From the NCBI GenBank assembly GCA_025786725.1, contig JAHLTZ010000071.1, positions 1 through 56,059 on the forward strand: DNA of 56,059 nucleotides, given 5' to 3'. The notes under the pieces are model-generated. The model ran no database searches. It was not told the origin of the DNA and was given only the letters and a program-made list of their open reading frames with translations. This DNA is from Syncephalis fuscata S228 (taxonomy: Eukaryota; Fungi; Zoopagomycota). This document shows, in pieces, positions 1 through 13,384 of this stretch (its first letter is position 1; each line of letters opens with the position of its first letter). The translations under genes and the position numbers were made by a program.

Positions 1-738
1 GCGTGCGATATGTAGTTTTAGTCGTTTGTATTCTTTCCTTTCTCTTGCGATTATTTCTCGTTTGTCCTTTTTTTGCCTAACTGCGCTTCATTCGTTGTAC
101 GACAGTTACTTTCTATACTCTATGCACTGCTGTATAGTGTATTGCTTGTACTGTCATCTTTATTAATGTTTTTGAATTTAGTATTAGTAAAGTTGGACCA
201 TGCAATAGCTTTATATAAGTTGTTGTTTGTCCGTGCAAACAGTTAATTAGAAAAGTGTCTATTATGATTATTGGCCATTACAACAAGTATGTAGTTAACA
301 ATTAGTCATATTAAATAAATAAAAAGTGTTGGAAATACAAAATATTACTAACGTTAATTAAATAATAATTTTATTACTTTGTTGCTTTTTGCTATTATTA
401 TTAATTCATTACAATTGATTAAATAAAACTGTTGGATATACAAATACTATTAATGCTAATTAGCAATGTTGTTGATTTATTGCTTTTACCACTATTATTA
501 ATTCATTACAATTGATTAAACAATAGATATGGCAGCTAATTACCTCTGCTGTTCTATATATACAATCTTATCTAAAACATGCTGTGAAATACTATATAGT
601 TATTTATTACCTCCGATTATCGGTTACACGACCGCGCTATAGAATATTAATTCGTAAGGGACAACTTATACCCACGCACCCACCGCTTTCTTTTATTTGT
701 CTGCTTATAGTTATTGTTTATTCTACATTCAACTAACT

Positions 739-2748
739 ATGCGTCCAGGAGTTTCTTATTCGAATGTGATAGCCAACTATATTAATGGCCAGGAAGTACC
801 ACCACTAGACGGCGAATACATTGATAGTTTTGAGCCGGCTACAGGTTTGGTAAGAAATACTAAAGTGAGAAATGCAATTGCGTATATTAATATTAACACT
901 ATTGCAGCCATATCTCCAAGTGCCCAACTCTTCTGAGGCCGACGTCGAACTAGCAGTTAAAGCAGCGAGTGCCGCTTTTCCCGCCTGGTCTCGTACATCG
1001 CCTATTGAGCGTGCGCGACTACTTGACCGTTTAGCGGACCTGCTAGAAGCAAATCTAGATAAATTCGTGGCTGCAGAGTCGCGCGACCAAGGTAAACCAG
1101 AAAGCTTGGCAAGACTTGTTGATATCCCACGGTCTGTTCGTAATTTCCGCTATTTTGCCGATGAATGTCGTAGTAGCTGGTCACAAGACGAGGCACGTCG
1201 TCTCCCCCCTGCCAATGGCAATCCCGGCCTGTTAAGCTATACACAACGCTGGCCTATTGGTGTGGCTGCTTTAATTAGCCCATGGAACTTGTAAGAAATT
1301 AATACTTTTTACGTAAATAGTTGGCTAAATGTAATATAGACCACTTTATTTACTAACGTGGAAGATTGCACCGTGCATTGCTTGTAAGTCTACAGCAACA
1401 CTAGCAATAATCAATTAATGTTTGCTCTAGCTGGATGTACATGCGTATGTAAACCAAGTGAAATAACTAGCATGACGGCCAGTAGTAAGTATATTACAAT
1501 AACGATATTCAATAACATGCTTTAACTAGTATGGCAGTGTTATGTTCGTTGATTAAAGAAGCCGGTATTCCAGATGGCGTTGTAAATATGGTATTTGGCA
1601 CAGGCAAGTAGAATCAATGACAATAATTTATTTAATTAATTGTATATCTGCAGGCCCCAAGGCTGGCAATGCACTAGTTACTCATCCACGCGTTCCACTT
1701 GTTTCATTCACGGGCAGTATGTAGCATGAGTATAGAAATAGCATAATGCTAATAGACAATTTATGAATAGGCACCGTTACAGGTCAACACATTACACGAG
1801 AAAGTGCATCGTTTTGTAAAAAATTATCACTTGAATTGGGTAAGAGAGCTTATGAACTATCCAATTAATCACTAATAACAATTTATTAAAGGTGGTAAAA
1901 ATGCCAATATTATATTTGATGACTGCGACTTTGAGTCGGCGTTATCAACAACGGTACGCTCGTCTTTTAGTAACCAAGGAGAAATCTGTCTATGCGGATC
2001 GCGTATTTTTATTTCAAAGAGGCATTTATGATCGCTTTTTAACCGGTCTAATTGAACGTGCAAAGGCATTAACGGTGGGCGATCCAGTTGAAGCAAGCTC
2101 ACAGCTTGGTGCATTGGTTAGCAAAGAGCATATGGACAAAGTGTTATACTACATTCAACTAGCACGTGAAGAAGGAGGCATTATTCATTGTGGCGGTGAA
2201 CGATCAAATATCGATGTATGTGAAGCACAGATGGTTGGTTTGTGCAGCCCACGATTATTACAAAGTGAGTCTATCACTCAGTTAATTAAAGTAAAATATA
2301 ATAATGTCTATTTAGTGTATCGCCCAAGGGCCGTGTGATGCAAGAAGAAATATTTGGACCGGTAAATACAACTAAATGGATTTGGATAATCACGGTTATT
2401 AGGATGTTGACCATAGAATTAGGTAGTAACAGTAACACCATTCGACACCGAAGATGAAGCTATCGAATTAGCAAATGATAATGCTTACGGATTATCGGCT
2501 TCATTATGGACAGAGAATGGACGGCGTCAACGTCGAGTAGCAGAGTCTCTACAAGTTGGTACCGTGTGGGTAAATACATGGATGGCAAGAGACCTTCATT
2601 TACCTTTTGGTGGATCCAAGCAATCAGGGTAGGTGGTTAATATGAGTTAATACATGTACTAACTGATAGCAATAGTATTGGAAGAGAGGGTGGAAAATAC
2701 AGCCTCGAGTTTTACACTGAAATCAAAGCTATAAGCTTAGCAGATTAG
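739..2748 (+). CDS. Aldehyde dehydrogenase, ALDH8A1/2-aminomuconic semialdehyde dehydrogenase-like, multi-exon; this copy has +1 (~2012) and -1 (~2222) indels
   Basis: Exons give NYING..FEPATG, ESRDQGKP..VDIPR, ISPWNLPL, FTGST, ELGGKN, NQGEICLCG (catalytic Cys), EEIFGP, PFGGSKQSG. Short GT-AG introns. Indels seen against the right-arm copy. Confidence 0.9.
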
Positions 2749-2905
2749 ATCTCATCTATGAATAATAAAGCTATCCATTGATTGTTCAATGTTGTGCAGG
2801 ATTAATTAAAATACTAGTCAAGTTGGATGATCAATAATTAGTTTTAATACTAAAGAATTTAGCGTGTTTTTATTGTAATGCGTTTTAATAATAGCGTTAA
2901 AACAT

Positions 2906-4084
2906 TTACAGTTGATTGTAAAGTAATTTGTTGGCTGATCCATTGCCAAGTCTGGATAGAACATTGGGCGTGGCATTATCAACGAGTGCTTGATAAAGCT
3001 GATTAATACTATTGAAGTTGCGGGCAGACAAATAAAGAGCTGCAACTCCTGCAACATGTGGTGCAGACATAGATGTACCCGACATAGTATCTGTGCCACC
3101 GCCAGGCTTAAGCGAAACAATATCGGTACCAGGAGCGTATAGGCGAGTGCATGAGCCGTAGTTGGAAAAGTCGGATTCACGATCTCTTGAATCACTTGAG
3201 GCCACTGTAAACGCACCAGATGCACTGGCTGGTGATTCGCGACAGGCATTGACATGATCATTGCCAGCTGCAACAATAACAGCAATGCCAGCTCTTGCCG
3301 CCGCATTAACAGCATCGTTTAAGGCACGCGACTTTGTGCCGCCAAGAGATAGGTTCATGACGGCCTTGTTACGTTTGCTCATACGAGTAGCATATTGGAT
3401 AGCGCCAATAATACCGGCATCGGCACCAGAGCCGCTTTTGTCAAAGACTTTGAGACCTATAATAGCTGCTTTCTTGGCAACACCATACGTGCTGGACCCA
3501 ATGGTGCCGGCCACATGTGTGCCATGACCATCTAGATCAGCATTAGGCTCGTAGCGAATAAAGTTTTTCTGTTGGGAGGCTCGACCACCAAAATCGGGAT
3601 GTTTTGTATCTATGCCACCATCAATTACCCAAACGGTAATACCTTCACCTGCGGTGTCAGGATAGTTGTACGCTGGACTTCCACTGCGTTGCCGGCTAGA
3701 GATACGTGAAAGTCCCCAGCTAGGCGCGTTAGACTGTTGACCCATAGTGTGCATAATTGTTTGCGGCTCAATATACTCGACACGCTCATCGTTTTGCAAA
3801 CGTTCAACCTCTTCCTCCGTCAATTTACCGGCAAATCCTTCAAAACCGCCCACATTGTACATGTGTTCAATTTGATCACTACCATCAAGTAGGCTGCGAC
3901 TTTGGGCAACAAAATGATTGGCCTGGAATCCAGAACGTAGTTTTACAATGTAGCCATTATTGATTTGATCCAACAATTCCGATGTAACATTCTCTGATCT
4001 TCTTACATGACCGTTTGATATGGCACCGTTAACTGCTGCTGTAGAATGTAGAATTATTGAGGCTATTAGCAAAATGGACTTCAT
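2906..4084 (-). CDS. Secreted subtilisin-like serine protease (S8A proteinase K type, I9 propeptide), paralog B
   Basis: Signal peptide, YIVKL prodomain, catalytic VIDGG / GHGTH / AAGN / GTSM; intronless 392 aa. Confidence 0.96.
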   Translation of the reverse strand: MKSILLIASIILHSTAAVNGAISNGHVRRSENVTSELLDQINNGYIVKLRSGFQANHFVAQSRSLLDGSDQIEHMYNVGGFEGFAGKLTEEEVERLQNDERVEYIEPQTIMHTMGQQSNAPSWGLSRISSRQRSGSPAYNYPDTAGEGITVWVIDGGIDTKHPDFGGRASQQKNFIRYEPNADLDGHGTHVAGTIGSSTYGVAKKAAIIGLKVFDKSGSGADAGIIGAIQYATRMSKRNKAVMNLSLGGTKSRALNDAVNAAARAGIAVIVAAGNDHVNACRESPASASGAFTVASSDSRDRESDFSNYGSCTRLYAPGTDIVSLKPGGGTDTMSGTSMSAPHVAGVAALYLSARNFNSINQLYQALVDNATPNVLSRLGNGSANKLLYNQL

Positions 4085-5227
4085 ACTGAATATTAAATAA
4101 TAGTGCGTTGTTCGTAAAGTATGTTGAATAATGTGCGTGTGTTTGGATTTGTTATTAAATGATGTGCTTATGATGGAGTTTGTTGTCGAATATAATGATA
4201 ATTGCCAATTAAAGCGTTCTATTTATTGTAAATTTTAAACATTCGGATCTTGCGTAATATATCCGTTCAATTACTGGTTTACTCTATTTCTCAGTTAATG
4301 TGCGTATAAGTTTCCCAATGTGTCGACAATATTACTATTGTTAGTATACATCGATCTAGGCCTTAAACGTTTATGATGTACACGCCTTGATGTTAATTCA
4401 CACATCTGCTGTTTGTAATGTCATTCAATATACTAAATATAAAGTGTCCTTGTGTTGTAAAACCTAATACGCTAAAGGTACTTATTATTTTGTCATTGGA
4501 CCATCGCTAAGGAGCTAGTATCACGCCACCTTGGAAATATACAAAAGGGTAAATAGCAAATATGGAATGGCCAAACCAGGCTATAGCGTGCATCGATCAT
4601 TTACCATAATTATAGTAACAATTTAATCATCGCCATTTTACAAGTATAATTACAATCGTGATGTTAGATATTAGCGAATAAATGTATATTGTATTAAATG
4701 TTTGCCAGTGCGACGGTTGTCAACAATTCATTATTGACTGTACAACACAAATCATGTTGATGGGCCTATTTTTCGCCTTGTTTACTGTTTCGCCAGTTCT
4801 ATACTATGTACGCAGCAAGTTAAGTCGTCATTGAGCAAATATTTGTCTAATTCAATATACTTTCGGATGTTAAATAAGCCGCTACTTGGATATTTTACAG
4901 TATAATACTAATAACACGTTATGTGTTATAATAGGACACAAGTTGGTTAATTCATACGACTGTACCGTATAGAACAATACTGTTTTATAGCAATATTGTA
5001 CAGCTTTATATTTATGCTAATATATTATTTATGCAACAATAGCACACTTTATTATACCCAGCGCAAATACACATTTAACTAAAAATATTTACATGTTGTT
5101 TTTATGTAAACAAAATATCACTGTATATTAAATGATTTAAATATGTAGCCATGTATTTGCAAATAATTTAATTTATTAGTTGCAGCATATATGTTTGACC
5201 ATTTGTAATCTTTAAGCGCTAATCCAA

Positions 5228-6406
5228 TTATGGCTGATTATATACTAGTTTGTTAGGTGTGCCCTGACTTACACCAGATACAACATTTGGCGTAGCATTG
5301 TTGACAAGAGCACTGTAAAGTTCATCAACGTTGCTATAGCTACGAGCAGACAAATAAAGTGCCGCGACACCAGCAACATGTGGTGAAGACATAGATGTGC
5401 CCGACATGCTGGTAGTGCCGCCATTGGGTGCCAAAGAACGAATGCCAGAACCAGGGGCGTATAAACGAGCACACGGTCCGTAGTTGGAAAACGATGATTG
5501 GCGGTCATTTCTGTCGCTAGATGCAACCGCAAATGCGCGAGATGAACCAGCTGGCGACTCACGGCAAGCATTGGCGTGATCATTACCAGCAGCAACAATA
5601 ACAGCAACGCCAGCGTTTGCGGCCGCACTAACAGCATCATCCAATGCGCGTGATTTGCTTCCACCAAGCGACATGTTAATGACCGTCTTGCCACGACGGG
5701 CCGCACGAGTAACGTACTGAACAGCAGCAACAATATCACTTATGGCACCGCTACCTTTTCGATTCAAAACCTTAAGACCATATATCTTTGCCCTTTTAGC
5801 GACACCATAGGTATTGGATCCAATAGTTCCGGCAACGTGAGTACCATGGCCCGCTAGATCGGCATTGGCCTCACCGCGCACAAAGCTTTTGACTTGTTGG
5901 GCTCGTCCACCAAATTCACGATGTCCCGCGTCTACGCCTGTATCAATTACCCAAACGTCAATGCCTTCACCTGCAGAATCAGGATATGTATAAATTTGAC
6001 TGTTGCCATTTCGTCGGCTAGAAATACGTGAAAGCCCCCAGCTAGGCACGTTAGACTGTTGGCCCATAGTGTGCATAATTGTTTGCGGCTCAATATACTC
6101 GACACGCTCATCGTTTTGCAAACGTTCAACTTCTTTCTCCGTCAATTTACCGGCAAATCCTTCAAATCCACCTGCGTTGTATGTATGTTCGATTTGATCA
6201 TTATCACCAACTAGGCTGCGGCTTTGGGCGATAAAACTATTGACTTGAACTCCAGGACGCAATTTAACAATGTAGCCATTATTGACTTGATCCAGCAGCT
6301 CCGATGTAGCATTAGTAGTTGCTTGGAAGTTTTCACCATCAACGACACCGTTAACTGCGGTAGTAGAAAGTAAAATTGCAAAAAATATCAATAAAGTGCA
6401 CTTCAT
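5228..6406 (-). CDS. Secreted subtilisin-like serine protease (S8A proteinase K type), paralog A
   Basis: Signal peptide, I9 prodomain, VIDTG / GHGTH / AAGN / GTSM; 392 aa. Confidence 0.96.
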   Translation of the reverse strand: MKCTLLIFFAILLSTTAVNGVVDGENFQATTNATSELLDQVNNGYIVKLRPGVQVNSFIAQSRSLVGDNDQIEHTYNAGGFEGFAGKLTEKEVERLQNDERVEYIEPQTIMHTMGQQSNVPSWGLSRISSRRNGNSQIYTYPDSAGEGIDVWVIDTGVDAGHREFGGRAQQVKSFVRGEANADLAGHGTHVAGTIGSNTYGVAKRAKIYGLKVLNRKGSGAISDIVAAVQYVTRAARRGKTVINMSLGGSKSRALDDAVSAAANAGVAVIVAAGNDHANACRESPAGSSRAFAVASSDRNDRQSSFSNYGPCARLYAPGSGIRSLAPNGGTTSMSGTSMSSPHVAGVAALYLSARSYSNVDELYSALVNNATPNVVSGVSQGTPNKLVYNQP

Positions 6407-8499
6407 GGTGATAAGCGAAACAATTCGTTATAGTAAAAAAAATTGTGGTAATGGTTGGTTGATTTATGAATAGATGTGTTGATGCTGATTGAAGTTGTTG
6501 CAAATCTGCCATGCTATTTATTGTATAGATCAAAGTAAGAGCAACATATGTACAAGGTTATTGTTTTGCATTAAATTCATGCTATTTCATTGAATAGATA
6601 CTGTACAAACCATTGATACATTGCAACATCGATGCTATTCAAGTTATGTTACATTAAGTCCAAAACACGTTTGATGTACACGCCTTACTAGTAATTTGCG
6701 TATCTCTCTACTTAGCGCTTTTTCAATAAACAATCAACCTAGACTTAATACTGGAAATCTGACAAAAACATGTTATTTACTACCTAGAGGGTACTTATCA
6801 TAACATGTTTAGGTGTAACAACCAAGCAATTATGGTATCACACCACCTTGGAAAACTAGTAAACAATACACGTGTTAGATACCAGGTGATTTATAGTACA
6901 ACCGTAACTGAAGTACGACCAGCTACATAATGATTATTGATTTAATTGACTAGAAGTTATTAATTGCTATTTGTTTTTGTAATTCTAACCAAGAAGCTAT
7001 CTAAACACAATAAACTGTCGGTTATGCCTTTTTTACCAGTTTCTAATATGCATACATATGTCGTGTTAGTTTAATTTGAATAGCCTTGTAAAGTCATACC
7101 TTGTGTTTCAGCCCAAACTTAAAGAATAAAGTGCGTTGTTGCTTCGAACCTTTTGCGTGCATCAGCTACCCGGGCACTGTACTACGTGACTCTTGTTTCT
7201 TAACCTCCCTCTTTCTTGTTTTCAGTAAATTTCATTTGTTTTTTGTTAACAATGAATACAAGCTACCTTGCTAACTTTTGTCACTTGTTTGTAAATTATC
7301 TAGTTAATAAATAAACACCCCATTTCAGTAACAGCGATGCGCAATCTGGATAGATAATTTAGAAAATAAGAAGCCTTTAATATTATTTACAGAGCGTAAC
7401 GTTTTTAAGTACTGATTGAATTGTTATCCTGTTGTTAGGGAAACATTAATTGTCATTTTTTCTGCTATTGCAGTACACAAAAGTTCAGCTACATTATAAT
7501 ATTTAATTGTCACTAGTATGATGTTATGTATAGCATGCAATATCTACATGTAGCAATATATTAATAACAAATAAATACTATTAACATCATTGTTTATTTA
7601 TTATTTAAACATATTTCACCTATACTATAGTACCAATAACCAATATAACATTTAGATGAGCTCAGTAATAATAATAACAATTTTTCTTCAATTTTATATA
7701 GATATACATATTATTTAATTAAAAACATTTGCTTTTAGTTTACATATCTCATTGTGGCATTTCAATAACTTTGTACTACAACCAATGTATATGACTACAC
7801 TAGCATTGCTATAATGGCGTAAATTTAATGATATTGCTGCAATAGCATTAAATAATAAAATAAATTTACTTTTTAGTTTCTATGTTTAGTTGGTTACTTA
7901 ATAACAATTAAAACAGCAATTTGTAAAAGGGCAACACACACACACACACATGAGCTAGGAAAAGAGAAAAGTGGGCAAATATAGGTAGATGACCTTACGA
8001 ATTATAAGATTGCTACGCAAACATTTAGACAGTAAAAATAAATAATAAGTTAATTAGATGATAAAACTGGTCACACTTGTATGTATGTTATAACTCTCTC
8101 AAAACGTTTAAGACAAGTTCAAGAATGTTACTATAAATATACAAAAAAATAAACGTTTCATTATAAGTTTGTGTACAAATTATATAGTTTATATAGCTTT
8201 AAAGCAGTATAATGTTTAAATACGCTGTTTAAACTAATAGTTGGATTTTTAGTAAAATTGAAAACCTAATAAAGATAAGGGAATATTCGTCAATTAATAG
8301 TACAAAATGAGTAATTAAGCAGTATATTGCTACTTGCCATGTAATAATATAACTACTATTTAGGTTAATAAATAATTAATGGTTGTATTAGAACAAGAAT
8401 TGCCTTATTAATAGGTACTTTTAGTAATGTACATTAGAAATTACATTGCTGTGGTATAAAATAACGTGTAAAAAATGTAAATTTGATTACAATCGTAAA

Positions 8500-10018
8500 A
8501 TAATTTTATGTAAAATGAAGCAAATTGTACGATATTTCGCACAAGTATGCGTATAACATGTAAGTAGCTATTGGCAAAATATACCGCTATTGTATTGTGT
8601 GATGGTGTAGTACTTATGATAATACGCTAATAAATGTGTAAAAATAACAGTTTTTTGCCAATTATGGCTCGTATAAACAAAATACAGCAAAATGATTGCC
8701 GGATTCGAGTTCTCCATGCCTAGTTATACAGATTGGCATAAGAAATAGAACATTGATTTTTGCAACAAAAGTTAGTCAAAAATGTAATTTACGTATTTGT
8801 AATATATCTAATAAATTGTTGCTAAAATACGTATAACTTAATGTATAATAAAGCAAATTGTATGATATTTTGCACAAGTATGCATATAATATGTAAGTAG
8901 CTATTGGCAAAGTATACCGCTATTGTGTTGTGTGATGGTGTAGTATTTATAATAATACGCTAATAAATGTGTAAAAATAGCAGTTTTTTACGGATTATGG
9001 CTTGTATAAGTAAACTACAGCAAAATGATTGCCGGATTCGAGTTCTCCATACTTAAATAATTAGATTAGCATAAGAAATAGAACATTAATTTTTGCAGCA
9101 AAAGCTAGTCAAAAATGCAATTTATGCGTAAATAGTTAACAGTGTTTTATATTGTATGTAAATGTATGGCATAAATTGTTAATTTACATGTAAATATTTA
9201 TTGAAAAAATGATAAAAATTTATGATTTTGGAAAATAAATAGTAAAAATATATTTAGTTCAAGGAAGACTTAAGTTCTCTAAAGTACTAAGGCAATCGTA
9301 ATAGCAATTTAGTATACAGAAATACTGATGTAAATTAACAATTTATGCCATACATTTACATACAATATAAAACACTGTCAACTATTTACACATAAATTGC
9401 ATTTTTGGCTAACTTTTGTTGCAAAAATTAATGTTTTATTTCTTATGCTAATCTAATTATTTAAGTATGGAGAACTCGAATCCGGCAATCATTTTGCTGT
9501 AGTTTACTTATACAAGCCATAATCCGTAAAAAACTGCTATTTTTACACATTTATTAGCGTATTATTATAAATACTACACCATCACACAACACAATAGCGG
9601 TATACTTTGCCAATAGTTACTTACATATTATACGCATACTTGTGCGAAATATCAGACAATTTGCTTTATTATACATTAAGTTATACGTATTTTAGCAACA
9701 ATTTATTAGATATATTACAAATACGTAAATTACATTTTTGACTAACTTTTGCTGCAAAAATTAATGTTTTATTTCTTATGCTAATCTAATTATCTAAGTA
9801 TGGAGAACTCGAACCCGGCAATCATTTTTCTGTATTTTGTTTATACGAGTCATAATTGGCAAAAAAACTGTTATTTTTGTACATTTATTAGCGTATTATC
9901 ATAAGTACTACACCATCACACAATACAATAGCGGTATATTTTGCCAATAGCTACTTACATGTTATACGCATACTTGTGCAAAATATCATACAATTTGCTT
10001 CATTTTACATAAAATTAT
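8500..10018. mobile_element. Foldback-type element: ~690-bp inverted arms, each of ~2 tandem 333-bp units, around a 138-bp core
   Basis: Arms 8500-9189 and 9328-10018 are reverse complements. Unit starts aagcaaattgta at 8518 and 8851. No ORF. Transposon identity is inferred. Confidence 0.75.
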
Positions 10019-11532
10019 AAATAATCTTAGTAACGGTTTATTAACTAAACTATCATTATTGTTTTTATTACCTTTTAGCATTTAATTGCACTAAAATAGC
10101 TTTTATAACGCTTCTGTATATTGGCATAGTATCGGAACAATAATTTCAAAGTGTAAACTGATGTTTTATTGGTCTTTTAGTATAGCATAAATAAGATATT
10201 TTGTTGTTAGCATGGCTATTAGAAATAGAATATTACACCTACAATGATAGTATTGTTATTATTTCGATATTAGTATCATATTGTTATGATGAAATGACTA
10301 ATGAATGTACCATGTAATCAAATGATTTATTAAGCTCGGATGTGATCAGTCGCAAAAATAATACATATATTAAATACTAGCACCAATTAATAGTAATAAA
10401 TCACTATCACAAGGATATGGCGAGTAGCTATTTGTTAATTGCGAACATGTGAGCAGACATATAAATTGACATGTTGTGGTAATGATAAAATAATATAAAG
10501 CATATAAATTTGAATATTAGTTATTTTTATTATAACTGAAAGCTTTATTCAATAGAAATAGAAATAATTAATTCTTAGTCTTATCACATTTATACTTAAT
10601 GTCATACAAGTTACCTAATCTACTATAGTTAAACTGTAATAATTAAGCACCAATAAAGAACAAGTTTATTAGCAAAGTAATATTGACCGATTAACATATT
10701 TTATTCTAAGCGTTAAAGTTTGGTCAATTTCATAAACTGTCGTTGTAAAATAATGCTGGGATAAATGTTGCTTGGTCATCTAGACTGCGATTTATTTAAC
10801 CAAAATTGTAGTAATATGTTGCAGTTAAACATTATTGTTGGTAAGAATGGGTGCGGATGAGTATGTAAGTATAATAGAAAAAAGTGAGCAAGCGGTTATA
10901 TTACCACTTGCCCATATGGCAGCATAATTACTATTTGGGTTGCTAAATAATTGCATTAGGACTACACATCGCTGTTTTTATAAAAGCGTATAGACTAACA
11001 CGTAAAAGCTAGCGCAACATGTTAACAGTGGCGAGTGTACTATTGCTCATCACTGTTGTGTATGACAATACGTAAAACTACCACACAATGTGTTAACAGT
11101 GATGTGTACCACAGTACTCACAATTGTGGCAGCTATTGCTTCACTTTCTTTTTTTCCTATGGCCTTACGAACATTCAGACAATTAGACATATAAAATAAT
11201 AAAGAAACAAAAAAATATCTTGTTGAAAAATAACGAAAAGAAGTAATAGAACAATCATATCGATCGTGAATAGTAAATGATCATATTATGACGACTATTA
11301 CACCGTAAATAAATACCTTAGTGGTATGTAATAATCATCATAGCACTACTGGGCAAAAATACTAGGAAGGGATGTGTAAGATAGTATCATGTATTAATAT
11401 ACCCATCACATTAATGTCGTAATAATGTGTAAAATTGGACACATTCGTGACAGTGTTGTCACACCTGTAAGTAATTTGTCAGGCAAAATTTCAAAGTCCG
11501 ACACTGACAAAAAAGTAATTTTAGCAAAAATA

Positions 11533-11614
11533 TGATCAGGGTGGGGTTCGAACCCACGCCTCCGAAGAGATTACGGCCTAAACGTAACGCCTTAGACCAC
11601 TCGGCCACCTGACC
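11533..11614 (-). tRNA. tRNA-Leu (anticodon UAG)
   Basis: Reverse strand GGTCAGG-TG-GCCGAGTGGTCTAAGGC-G-TTACG-TT[TAG]GC-CGTAA-long variable arm-GTGGG-TTCGAAC-CCCAC-CCTGATC-A folds as a class II cloverleaf. Confidence 0.96.
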
Positions 11615-12347
11615 ACCGATAAAGTTTTAAACAGTAAATACTATATATTTCTATTTTTAAATTTGCAAAAATTTATTTGTTTTTAGGTATTGGTTGAACA
11701 TAAAATACGGTTATGCATTGTATTTGTGCAATTAAATTACTGGAGTATAAATAGCATATAATGCAGTATTCATTTATATTGTTTTTACTATTTTTTATTA
11801 TCGTATTATTATGATTACCATATTAAATAGCTAATTGATTCAGATTTAATTAATTTTACTATAACAGCTACTTTAAATTATTATTTCTATAAGTGCACAA
11901 ACTATATATAATTGCGTATTTATTAGTAATAAAATATACTTGCAAAAGAAGTATTTATAATTATATGAAGTGAAAAAACTAGGCAAACAATTTAAACTAT
12001 CATATTTAATGTATTTAATTAATATGTAGGTTATAGATATAAATAATGCACTATTGTATTGATATATCTACTATTTGGCTGCACACTTATTCATTTAATA
12101 CAACTATAACTACGCTAACTATTTGATTAATTATTTTAATATAAGCATTACCACTTTTATTAATAAATATAGAATAAAAAGCAACTTGCTTACGAATATA
12201 CCAATATGTTCGATATTAAAGCATTAACTTTTTGAAAACAATTGAAGTTAACTATTATAAACAATATAAATGAACAATATTTTTTAATTAGAACATTCCA
12301 GCATACATTTTATTCTGTTTGTGTATATATGCTTATTCATTGCCTGT

Positions 12348-13384
12348 TTAATGCTTCCAAATAGGCGCAGTTATAGCCTGTGCAAGTGCCAGCAACGAGT
12401 TGACTTGGTGTTCAGTCACACCAATGTTTTGAGCACCTTTTACATGGCTATGCAACTGTTTAGGCATTTGCATTGTGTGTAAAACACCGATTGCCACTAG
12501 TTCTGTCTCTCTTTCGTCTAATAAACGAGTGTCCGACAATATTTTGCCATACATATCTACGAGTGTAAATTACAACGAAAGCGTTAAATAGGCGGTACCT
12601 ACCTTGTAAAATTACTTCAATCAAATCTGGATAAGCATGATTCAATTTATTAACTACTTTCTGACCTATAATATGTTTGTTTATTAATAAAAGCCATTAG
12701 ATTATTATCAATACCGCTTACTGTGCTGTACATAAATTCGATCAAAGAATTGCTGGCCACGTTCACGCCACGCTTTTATTTGGGAAAAGTCGGTCGCCAC
12801 GCTATAAAGCACGTAAATATAGCTACGACCATCGTTTGATCGTTCTCAGCTACTTACCGATGCGGCGTTGTAGGCAGCGTATCTAAAACCTCTGGATCTA
12901 CCGTATTCACACACGCGTTCATCGCGTCGATTGTCTAGAAGACAGCGTAGAACAGCATTAGAAACCAATAGGCATTCCGCCAAGCGACCTGCTTACTCGG
13001 GGAACACCGCACAGCGGCAGTGCTTTCATCAACGCCTCTCGAATTGTTTCCACCATACGCGCTTTGGCCGGTATATCTGGTTGTGATTGCAAGGCACGGT
13101 GTACAATAAATTCAATCTGTTCTGACTGATTAGCCGCAGCAAGCACTGCTACCTACAAATATGTGTGGCATGAATAAATAGTATACTCCTTGCTGTAGAT
13201 TCATTCTAGCTACCGTGACGGCCGTTGCAAATGGCTGAGGAAATGGCTTGGAAAGCTCCTCCCATGTCTTTAAATCTTGCGAGGTGTATGGCGTAACTGC
13301 TTTAAAGGTCTCCATGTTTCTGACACGAGCTAAATACACATAGTTTAAAGAATGACGACGAAAGGAATTAAAAAATAGCGACAT
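12348..13384 (-). CDS. AhpD-like / carboxymuconolactone decarboxylase family protein, multi-exon, possible mitochondrial presequence
   Basis: Exons: IREALMKALPLCGVPR, RERGQQFFDRIY, MYGKILSD..ETELVAIGVL..QLHSHVKGAQNIG. Alternative start at 13315. Confidence 0.8.

Larger units (their letters stand above)
1..10105. repeat. Left arm of large (>=10.1 kb) inverted repeat, truncated by the window start
   Basis: Position 1 (gcgtgcgatatgtag) is the reverse complement of 46469. ORF pairs mirror with coordinate sums 46470/46469. Homology ends at 10105/36424. Confidence 0.97.

Noticed and set aside
328-522. ~100-bp degenerate tandem duplication upstream of ALDH
   Set aside because: Ordinary AT-rich local duplication with no further structure.
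2818-3963. Alternate-frame and antisense ORFs overlapping the subtilisins (likewise over SEC31, BTB, RPL15)
   Set aside because: Shadow ORFs of GC-richer coding sequence, or fragments caused by introns and indels.
8518-10000. CRISPR array or tRNA/SINE B-box interpretation of the repeated units
   Set aside because: Units are 333-bp near-copies without unique spacers in a eukaryotic context, and ACTCGAATCC is only a partial B-box with no A-box or cloverleaf.
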